IMG/VR virus record: IMGVR_UViG_3300005529_001094
Span: 7,303 to 71,302 of that record
DNA length: 64,000 nt
From: a virus
Strand: one strand, 5' to 3'
The notes below the pieces were generated by a model. That model worked only from the letters and a program-made list of their open reading frames with translations, was not told the origin of the DNA and ran no database searches. Each line of letters begins with the position of its first letter. Position 1 is the first letter of the stretch. A program made the translations under genes and the position numbers. This document shows, in pieces, positions 56,529 to 64,000 of the stretch.

Positions 56529-57731
56529 TCATCGCGCCACCCACCACAGGCTCCGCTTCGCCCGTGTCGCCGCCGTGTACGTCCACCGCTCGTGCGTCCA
56601 TCCCGGGATCCTCGGCGCCTCGATCACGACGACGTGGGGCCACTCCGAGCCCTGCGCCTTGTGACAGGTGATCGCGTACGCGTAGTCGAGCTTGACGACC
56701 GCCCGCTCGTCGACGGGGGGCTCGAGGCGCGGGAGACCTGCGTAGGAGACGTTCCGGAGGCGCGGGTCACCGATGCGTCGCAGCTCCGCGCGTCCGTCCT
56801 CGGCGCTGATCCACTCCAGCAGCCACGTCTCGCCGTTGTAGACGCCCTGCCGGTTCGACAGGGAGATCACGCGGTCGCCCTTCTCGGCGAGCTCGGGGTG
56901 GCGCCCGTGAATATGGCGCGCCTTCGCGTTCAGCCGCTGCCGCGACGCGTTCGTGGCGACGATCAGCTGCCACTCGGGATCGCGGAGGTTTCTGAGGATG
57001 CTGTCGTCGATGTGCGGAACGAGCCGCACGGCACCGGTTGTCGAGACCCACTCGCGCGCGCGCCGACCGCTCCGGAGATGGAACGCGAAGTGAGCGATCT
57101 CGCCGGCGTTCCGGTGCACCGTCTCGAGGCGGACGTCCGGGTTGAAGATTGGGTTCGCTGCGCCGTCGTTTTCGACCGGTTCGAGCTGCCCGTGGTCGCC
57201 GACGAGAATCAGCGTCGGGACGAGCTTCTGCAGATCCTCGAGGAGCTTACCGGAGAGCATCGACGCCTCGTCGACGACGACGATGTCCGCTTTCGCCGCG
57301 TTCTCCGGGCGGAGCGACTCCGAGAAGTCGAGACACGCCCGGCCGCGCGCATCCTCATACTCCCGCGGCTTGCCGTAGATCAGCGCGTGCACCGACGTCG
57401 CCGGGATCCCCTTCGCACGGAGCACCATCGCGGCCTTCCACGTGGGCGCCACGACGGCGACGCGGCAACTTCGGAGTCGGCGGATCGCGTGCGCGACGAG
57501 CACGGTTTTCCCCGTGCCCGCGAGGCCGCCGATTGTTGTGATGCGACGCTGACGGGAGAGCGTGAGCGCGATGTCGAGCGCATCTTGCTGTTCCTGCGTC
57601 AGGTCGGGCAACTCGACGCTTCGGACGTCACCCTGCGGACGGTGGTAGGGGACGCGCTCGATTTCCGCCTCGCGCTGGAGAACATTGTCAATGAACTCGT
57701 CGAGGCCGTCGTCGTAGGTAGCTAGGCTCAC
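56529..57731 (-). CDS. RecD/Dda-like SF1 helicase
   Basis: GLAGTGKT, APTWKAA, VDEASM, VGDHGQLEPV and YAITCHKAQGSEW motifs. Confidence 0.9.
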   Translation of the reverse strand: MSLATYDDGLDEFIDNVLQREAEIERVPYHRPQGDVRSVELPDLTQEQQDALDIALTLSRQRRITTIGGLAGTGKTVLVAHAIRRLRSCRVAVVAPTWKAAMVLRAKGIPATSVHALIYGKPREYEDARGRACLDFSESLRPENAAKADIVVVDEASMLSGKLLEDLQKLVPTLILVGDHGQLEPVENDGAANPIFNPDVRLETVHRNAGEIAHFAFHLRSGRRAREWVSTTGAVRLVPHIDDSILRNLRDPEWQLIVATNASRQRLNAKARHIHGRHPELAEKGDRVISLSNRQGVYNGETWLLEWISAEDGRAELRRIGDPRLRNVSYAGLPRLEPPVDERAVVKLDYAYAITCHKAQGSEWPHVVVIEAPRIPGWTHERWTYTAATRAKRSLWWVAR

Positions 57732-59209
57732 GCAGCAAGCTCCTCTCTGATCCAGTTGGTCGGCGGCCACTTGCCCAGCAGGGACTTGAATCGCACCGCC
57801 GCGAAACTCTTCTTGTAGCCGCGCTCGTTTTGGAACTTGACGAGGTCGCGGAAGATCTGTCGGCGCTCGTCCTCGGCGAGCTCGGGGGTCTCCTCCGGGA
57901 AGAGCTTCTGGTACTCCTTGACGCCCCACGTGAGATCCCAGCCGCGCTCGCGACAGAGCGCGGCGAGGCGGATCCACTCGCGCTGCTTTGCGCCGTCCGG
58001 CGTCGCGCCGCCGGCGAAGACGCGCTTGAGTTCGATGTCGTAGATCCGCGGCGCTGGCGCGGGCTCGGAGCCGGGCGGCGGGAAGGCGAAGCCACAGCGC
58101 TCACAGACCGCAGGCGAGCCGGGATAGACCGCGCCGCACTCCGGGCACTGCCGGAGGGATGGCGTCGCGCGCTGGATCGCGCGTCCGTCGAGCGAGTAGA
58201 CGCGGTCCTCGGTCGGGAGCCCGAAGCGAAGCACCGAGCCCATGAGGTCGATGATGATGGCGTCGGGCTTCCCTGGAAACGGACGGAGCACCCTGCCCGC
58301 ACACTGAAGATAGGGGCCCTCGTGGTTGAACTTGCGCGCGAAGATGCAGACGCGGGCCGCGGGTACGTCGACGCCCTCGGTGAGCGTGTAGACGTTCGTG
58401 AGCACGCGGATCTCGCCGGCCGTGAAGGCGTCGAGCCATTCCTTCCGGTCGCCCGACCTTGTGCGCTCCGAGATGCAGCGCGCCTCGACGCCGGCGTCGC
58501 AGAACTGCTTCGCGAAGTCCTCGGCGACGTCGACGCGCGTGCAGAACATGAACGCGCGCTCGCCCTGGCCGAGGGAGAGGTAGGTTTCGACCGGATCGCG
58601 CGCGAGTCCGGCGCCCGTGTCCGCGATCGGTGCGTAGGCCTGGCAGTCGACGAGGTGCCCCTCGCGGACAAGGTCCGGGTAGCGCGCCGCGACCACGAGC
58701 TCGGAGAAGACGTCACCGAGAGCCTGGCCGTCCTGTCGCTCGGGCGTCGCCGTCAGGCCGACGACCGCGGCGTCGGGGTATGCCTCGAGGAGCGTTGACC
58801 AGAGGTTGCTGGCCACGAAATGATGTACTTCGTCTAATACTATCCTTGACGCAGCCGGCCGCTCGCCGCGCGCGAGGAGCGTCTGGATCGTGGCGACGCG
58901 GATCCGCGGGTTGTGGCCCGGTTCGGCGCCGGCGCCGACGAAGCCGACCGAGTTGCCGCCGATCACTCGCGCGATCGCGTTCCGGGCGTCGGTGAGGAGC
59001 TCGCGGCGGTGGACGATCCAGAGCCCGGTGTCATTATGCAGGAGAGGCGCGCCGCGGACGCCCGTGTAGCCGGAGAGCCACGACGTTCCGAGAAGCGTCT
59101 TTCCAGATCCCGTGGGCGCGACGAGACAGACGCGCCGCTGGCCACGCTCACTGATCGCGGCACGCACGTTCGACAGGGCGCGTTGCTGATATTCGCGGAG
59201 CGTGATCAA
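57728..59209 (-). CDS. SF2 DEAD/H helicase with zinc ribbon
   Basis: LREYQ, APTGSGKT, LDEVHH, GLTATPER, TEGVD.P and Q..GRVLR motifs; CPEC..CERC. Confidence 0.92.
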   Translation of the reverse strand: MITLREYQQRALSNVRAAISERGQRRVCLVAPTGSGKTLLGTSWLSGYTGVRGAPLLHNDTGLWIVHRRELLTDARNAIARVIGGNSVGFVGAGAEPGHNPRIRVATIQTLLARGERPAASRIVLDEVHHFVASNLWSTLLEAYPDAAVVGLTATPERQDGQALGDVFSELVVAARYPDLVREGHLVDCQAYAPIADTGAGLARDPVETYLSLGQGERAFMFCTRVDVAEDFAKQFCDAGVEARCISERTRSGDRKEWLDAFTAGEIRVLTNVYTLTEGVDVPAARVCIFARKFNHEGPYLQCAGRVLRPFPGKPDAIIIDLMGSVLRFGLPTEDRVYSLDGRAIQRATPSLRQCPECGAVYPGSPAVCERCGFAFPPPGSEPAPAPRIYDIELKRVFAGGATPDGAKQREWIRLAALCRERGWDLTWGVKEYQKLFPEETPELAEDERRQIFRDLVKFQNERGYKKSFAAVRFKSLLGKWPPTNWIREELAA

Positions 59210-59498
59210 TTTAGCGCCCCGAGCTCGGCGCCGAGGTGCGCCTGTTCGTCGTGGTCGTAGATCGCGGTGAGCGCGTTCAGGAATGGGGCCGGCGCGCGAT
59301 TGGACGCACGACGAATGTATTCATCGGCGTCGTTAATGAAGAGTTCGTGCATTCTGTTGTACTGCTCGCGCGTTCCGTTCAGCTCGATGTACGTGATGGT
59401 CTCCGAGCACTTGCGGCATTCGAAGCAAAGGTTTGCCCCCGTGCAGTCGTCGCAGTACGGCGTCAGGTAGACCCCGTAGCTAGGGTGCGCCTTCGGTC

Positions 59499-60062
59499 TC
59501 ACGCGGCCATACCCGTCTTTGCGCCATGGAGTCGAAGGTATTCGGCGGCCCCTTCTAGATTCTCGGCGTTTTCTCCGGCGAATCCAATGAGAACGTTGCA
59601 TCTACTGCAAAGAATCCCGCGGACCGCCCCAGTTCTATGGTCATGGTCAACGTGCCAGTCCTTGTTCCATCGCGGTGTTTGGGAATGACAAATTGCGCAC
59701 CCACCCTGACTGGCAAGTAGGTCGTTGAACTTTTCGATAGTGAGGCCGTACTTCGACTGAAGGCACCATGCTCGGTACTTCTCACGATGGCCGCTCTTTG
59801 CGCGCCTTTCTTTTTGTTTTTGGCGGTCTTGTTCGCGCCTCCCGGCCGACAGGCACCGCACGCATAGTCGAGCTAATGACGACCTAGTAACCCGCGATTG
59901 ACCGCACTTCTCGCAAGAGATGGTGATCTCCCGCCTGATAATTGGGCGATGGCCACTAATATAGTCCACCGGCTTCCCCTTGCGAGTGCCGGCACGCGCG
60001 CTGGTTTTCTTTGCGATGCGGGTTGCTTGACCGCAGCCGCATCTACATAGTCCGCCACTCAT
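59499..60062 (-). CDS. Endonuclease VII-like (HNH) nuclease with N-terminal CxCGCG
   Basis: KYGLT, Q..CAIC and VDHDH.TG.VRGILC..CN..IG; lower GC than flanks. Confidence 0.88.
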   Translation of the reverse strand: MSGGLCRCGCGQATRIAKKTSARAGTRKGKPVDYISGHRPIIRREITISCEKCGQSRVTRSSLARLCVRCLSAGRREQDRQKQKERRAKSGHREKYRAWCLQSKYGLTIEKFNDLLASQGGCAICHSQTPRWNKDWHVDHDHRTGAVRGILCSRCNVLIGFAGENAENLEGAAEYLRLHGAKTGMAA

Positions 60063-60433
60063 CGAGAGCTACCTCGCGCGGACTTAAGCAGTTGCGCAAT
60101 TCTGGGCGGCGAGTAGGTCGGAGGCTTGACTAGTTTTCCGAGCGCATTTTTAGTGCCGCCAACTTTTGACATATTGCTTCGGTGAATCTCCCAGAAGAAC
60201 GGCTCGAGGTCGATCCCGAACGCGACGGCGGTGCCGAGGACGACGTAGATCAGGTCGCACATGCCGTCGATGGCCCCGACGAGATCCCCGTGCATGATCG
60301 CGTAGGTGGTCTCGTTGGCCTCCTCGTCGATGAGTGTCGCGCGAAGCTCGGGCTCGCGGATCATCGGCGTGTCGCCGATCGTCAGGTCGAAGGCCTGGTG
60401 GAATTGCTTGACGGCGTTCTGTGAATCTTTCAC
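60059..60433 (-). CDS. MazG-like NTP pyrophosphohydrolase (PRA-PH type)
   Basis: V..FH.AF, LIDEE..E, D...DLIYV..G, EIHRSNMSK and GK..KP motifs. Confidence 0.85.
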   Translation of the reverse strand: MKDSQNAVKQFHQAFDLTIGDTPMIREPELRATLIDEEANETTYAIMHGDLVGAIDGMCDLIYVVLGTAVAFGIDLEPFFWEIHRSNMSKVGGTKNALGKLVKPPTYSPPRIAQLLKSARGSSR

Positions 60434-60648
60434 GGCAATCTCCTCGGACGCCCGTCGTGGCGGTACGTCGTTCCGTCGGCACGAAGCAGCTCGTCCGGGT
60501 CGAGCGCGAATCGCCGGCAAAGGTCGGTGGCGTACGTGCTCCCGACGGCTAGGGTGTCGGCGACTGCTGCCCATCGCGGTTGACCATTACGTCGCGGGCG
60601 CACGTTGCGGATGGCGTTCCGGACTAGGACGGCGTCGTGTGACTTCAT
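60430..60648 (-). CDS. Small phage protein
   Basis: RWAAV.D..A.GST.A..LCRRF.LDPDE pattern. Confidence 0.55.
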   Translation of the reverse strand: MKSHDAVLVRNAIRNVRPRRNGQPRWAAVADTLAVGSTYATDLCRRFALDPDELLRADGTTYRHDGRPRRLP

Positions 60649-61071
60649 GCGGCGCTCGCGTGGTGGATGCAGCCGAAGCGCTCGCCGACGACCATGTCGC
60701 CGCCCATGACGACGACGATCCGGTTGTCCGCCTCGCGCAGGTCCACGGACTCCGGTCGTGACACCCACGGGTGCCGACAGCGGCCAAAGTGCGGCTTTGT
60801 GCGCGATCGCTCGAAGTATCGGCACGTCGCACACCGGTTGCGATCGATCTCTCGCTGGTGGTCATTCATGGGAGGAGAAGGAGGCGCCCCGACTTCGCGC
60901 GCGCCGCGTACGGCTCGATGACGTAAGTGCCGATTCCGTCCCGGCGCAGCTGCTTGACGGCACGCCGCAGGAGGTTAGCCCACGACTCCGCGGTGTGACG
61001 CTCGAAGCGATACTCGTCGCCGATCGCCACGCCGTCGCCGTCGAAGGCCCAGGCGAGGGTAGGGGCGGGCA

Positions 61072-61549
61072 TCAGTCGCTCTCTCCGTCCGGCTCGAGGA
61101 CGGTGTGGTAGTTCTTCCAGTGCACCCAGCCGTTGGCTGTCTGGAATCCCCATCGCCGGCGCTTCGGGCCGTGGACGAAGAGGGTCGTGGTCGGCGCACC
61201 GCCAGCGAGCTCGAGCCAGTGCAGGGACTCGGCGCGGCGGAACAGAACCGACCCCCCCCGGTCCGTGCCAGCGAGTCGGCATTCCGGGACGATGCTCCCA
61301 GTACCCGCCGCGCAGGATCAGGGTGCAGTAGTCCCAGGGGTGGTCGTGGTGATCGCGGTCGTCGTCCGAGCGAAGGATCACGTGGATGCGAGCGCTCAAG
61401 CGCGGCGAGTCTTCACCCTTGTAGTTCTTGACGGTGCCCTTCGAGCGCCAGATCCAGTAGCGCTCCATGTATCCGTCGAGGTGGAAGTAGGGCGTGCGCT
61501 TGCCGCGCTCGAGCAGTCTCTCGGCGATCCAGTCGAGTAGGCGGATCAT
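61072..61549 (-). pseudogene. Cupin-like phage protein frameshifted at a G8 tract
   Basis: N-half RIH...SD.DR..HDHPW...ILRGGYWE; C-half SVLFRRAESLH.LEL...TLF..GP...WGF is in another frame. Confidence 0.75.
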
Positions 61550-62127
61550 CGTCGAAGCTCCCGCCGAAGTGTCGCGCGCCCCTCGTCCGTCGGCGCGAAG
61601 AACAGCAGCGACTGCACAAGCGCGCTCACGACTTCGTCGTCCCGCGCGCCTTCGCTCGCCGGCGTTCCCACTCCAGCGTGGGATTGCTCTCCACGCGGCA
61701 GTTGTGATCCTCGCGATTGAAGAGGTTGTAGAGCAGGATCCGATCGGCCGGCTTCATCGTCCGGACGATCTGGAGCATCTGCTCCAGCGCGAGCTTGTTG
61801 TCGTTCGTTGCCGACGGATTCGGAAGCGTCGGCGGCTCGCTCGATGTCTGCGGCGTCCACGGTGGCGCTAGGCCGCCCATCCCGGGGTACATTCACCAGT
61901 CCCTCACGAGGGCGTCGGCGAACGCGCGGGCCTTGTCCGCATCGGCGGCCGCGTCTTCGATCGAGATCAGCGGGCGCATGATGCGGCCCGTGCATCCGTA
62001 TGCGACGGCCGCGAGCACCCAGACTGCGTTCCGAACGATCGAATTCATCCCTACCTCCACCACCACCGCGGCTGGCCGCGCCCCGCGTGCGCATAATCGC
62101 GCGAGGCGCGGCCGCCCGTAGCCGCGA

Positions 62128-62364
62128 CTACTGCCGCGGCGTCCTGCAGCCCGGAACGATCGCGTCCGCGATGTCCTCCTTCAGCTCGCGGTACCAGCCC
62201 TCGCTGAAGGCCTTGCGGTCCGCCTCCGGAACGCGGCTCTTCGCGCCCTCGACGATCGCGTTGGCGCGCTGCCGCGCGGGCTGGCACTGCTTCTCGGTCG
62301 GCTTGGCGAACGCCGGCAGGGCGCACGCGAGGACGAGGGCGAGTGCTGCAACGATTTTCTTCAT
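62128..62364 (-). CDS. Small secreted protein
   Basis: MKKIVAALALVLACALPAFA|K; two mature Cys. Confidence 0.65.
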   Translation of the reverse strand: MKKIVAALALVLACALPAFAKPTEKQCQPARQRANAIVEGAKSRVPEADRKAFSEGWYRELKEDIADAIVPGCRTPRQ

Positions 62365-62474
62365 GGGTTCCTTCCCCCTTGGTTGAAAACGCGGCAAGAA
62401 CGGGTGCCGCTGCCCGAAGGAGCGCAGGATCGCGCTCACGGTCATGCTGTCTCGCCGCGGGCGCTTGACGGGCT

Positions 62475-62996
62475 TCATGACGCGACCCCGAGCGCCGCGT
62501 TGACCGCGGCCTCGCGCTCCTCGATCTGGCGACGGAGGCTGTCGGTGTCCTTGTTGAGGCCCGCGAGGAGCCGCTTCTCGAGGTCGTCGAACGCCGCCTC
62601 GTAGGAGCTGCCCTGGCCCTCCGCGATCAGGAGTCCGCGACCGCGGGCCCCGGCGACGAACTTGTCGTTCGCGGCGTTGTTGCTGGGGTGAATGTAGATG
62701 TCGTCGATTGGCCTCCCCTGGCCGATCTCCGCGAGCTTCGCGACGCGCGTCAGCTGGCCGACGGAGTTCGCGGCGCGGACGACCTGCGCGGCGGCGTCGT
62801 TTTCGACGACAGTGAAGTCCTCGCCGTTGATCGTCGCGCAGATGCGCCCACGCTCCTCGTCGAGCCAGACCTTCTCTACTCCGACGAGCGAGAGGAGATC
62901 GGTCGCCGTTACCTCGCCGCGGATCGTGCGCAGAGAGACCGCCACGGTTGTTGGCTCGGCCTGCCTGTTGGTTCCCTTGGATGTCGACATTGTCAT
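62475..62996 (-). CDS. Hypothetical protein
   Basis: GGGAG RBS; typical codon usage. Confidence 0.6.
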   Translation of the reverse strand: MTMSTSKGTNRQAEPTTVAVSLRTIRGEVTATDLLSLVGVEKVWLDEERGRICATINGEDFTVVENDAAAQVVRAANSVGQLTRVAKLAEIGQGRPIDDIYIHPSNNAANDKFVAGARGRGLLIAEGQGSSYEAAFDDLEKRLLAGLNKDTDSLRRQIEEREAAVNAALGVAS

Positions 62997-63018
62997 CTCC
63001 CGCGGCGCGCGGCCGCGC

Positions 63019-63252
63019 TCAGTAGTCCGCGAGTCCTTCTTTGAACGCGAACCATGGTTTGACCACGAGCTGCCCTTCGTGCCCGGGCTCGAAGACCTCT
63101 GAGTCGTCCATGATCACCGAGTGGGGTACCCAGAGTTCGCGCGGCGGGTTGCCGGGGATCGCACAGAGGAGCGCGAGGCCCGAGTCGCAACCGCGGATTG
63201 CGCGCACGCCGTCGATCGGCGTGGCGTTGGTGTCGCGGCCGTTCGACTTCAT
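63019..63252 (-). CDS. Small phage protein (WVP.S.I.DDSEV...G.LVV..WFA pattern)
   Basis: Recognisable motif pattern. Confidence 0.6.
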   Translation of the reverse strand: MKSNGRDTNATPIDGVRAIRGCDSGLALLCAIPGNPPRELWVPHSVIMDDSEVFEPGHEGQLVVKPWFAFKEGLADY

Positions 63253-63794
63253 CACGGACGCTCTCCGGGCACGCAGTTGCGGCGGACGTCCGGGCGCGCC
63301 TCCGCCTCGGTCAGCTCGATTTCGATTGCGAAGAGCAGCCGAGAGCAGGCGCGGTAGATGTGGCCCCACTCACCCTCGCTGCGATCGAGCTCCTCGTGCG
63401 CAAACAGGTGAGCCAGGACGTGACGGAGGTGCTGGCGCACGGGGATACCGCGCCAGTTCCGGTCGTCACCGTACTTGTCCTCGCCGTGCTTCAGGACGCG
63501 GCCGATCTCGAGGATTGAGAGACCCATTGAGCGCTCGGGCAACTGAACGAGGAGCTCTTCGAGCGCGCTCGCGAGGCCGGCGACGTCGCCCGTCCCGAGT
63601 CCGTGCGCGAGGTGATCCAGTACGTGGTCGCGCACGTCGTCGATCCAGTCTGCCTCTTCGCAGTTGATGCGATGCATGATCTCTGCAATCGCCCGCGGCG
63701 TGACGTCGAGCGCGAACGGGCAGAGGCTCTCTTTGCTGCCGTTCTCGTGGACGACCATCGGGGCGTCCGGGCCCATGTCCTTCGCGAGATCCAT
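63252..63794 (-). CDS. dATP/dGTP diphosphohydrolase-domain (DUF5664-like) protein
   Basis: GRVL.HG..KYG...NWRGI....HL.H...H and H...A..RL.F motifs. Confidence 0.72.
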   Translation of the reverse strand: MDLAKDMGPDAPMVVHENGSKESLCPFALDVTPRAIAEIMHRINCEEADWIDDVRDHVLDHLAHGLGTGDVAGLASALEELLVQLPERSMGLSILEIGRVLKHGEDKYGDDRNWRGIPVRQHLRHVLAHLFAHEELDRSEGEWGHIYRACSRLLFAIEIELTEAEARPDVRRNCVPGERP

Positions 63795-64000
63795 CCTCAC
63801 CCCTCCACCACCACGTCCACTTGCCACCCGAGGCTGCGCAGTAGCTTGACGCAGCCAAGGCAGAGCAGATGCGGCCGGTCGTCGCAGTGGCCGCTGGGGG
63901 CCCTCGCAACGAACCGGTGCACCGAACGGTCTTCGTTCGACCCGAGGTCCGGGTCGGAGGACGCCGGCACCGAGGCCGCGTTACACGCGGAGCACCTCAC

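Larger units (their letters stand above)
1..64000. mobile_element. Temperate tailed bacteriophage genome (siphovirus-like), partial
   Basis: Ordered terminase-portal-protease-capsid-neck-tube-chaperone-TMP-lysis module, a tyrosine integrase and replication genes; no tail sheath and no host core genes seen. Confidence 0.96.

Noticed and set aside
1-64000. tRNA/rRNA genes and alternative genetic code
   Set aside because: No cloverleaf with a T-loop recognised by eye (tRNAscan not run); TAA, TAG and TGA all end coupled genes normally

Overview
The whole window is GC-rich genome of a temperate tailed phage with siphovirus-type architecture; no host housekeeping genes are visible. The + strand (1-36.2 kb) carries a partial large terminase, a DUF1073-like portal, a 2H-phosphoesterase/DUF2213 protease fusion, scaffold, decoration and major capsid genes, and head-tail connectors interrupted by four signal-peptide-bearing fibre-like genes. 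These are followed by the tail tube, frameshifted tail chaperones, a 2685-aa tape measure, tail-tip proteins, a lysis cassette, a metallophosphoesterase, HTH, CAP and sigma-factor genes. The - strand (36.2-64 kb) carries a tyrosine integrase, a compositionally distinct block of small early-type genes, an iteron-like region and replication/nucleotide genes (Prim-Pol/VirE, VRR-NUC, two helicases, EndoVII, MazG-like, dATP/dGTP diphosphohydrolase); an isolated terS-like gene at 45.7 kb is on the + strand. Most notable: (i) a ~290-bp array of different transcription-factor-operator-like palindromes (Fur-, NrdR-, TetR-, GntR-like) beside terS; (ii) apparently exported, Cys-containing fibre genes inside the virion operon; (iii) an Acb1-like 2H domain fused to the head protease; (iv) a TTGACAnTGTC palindrome dispersed across the genome. 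All family assignments come from motif recognition by eye; no database searches were run.
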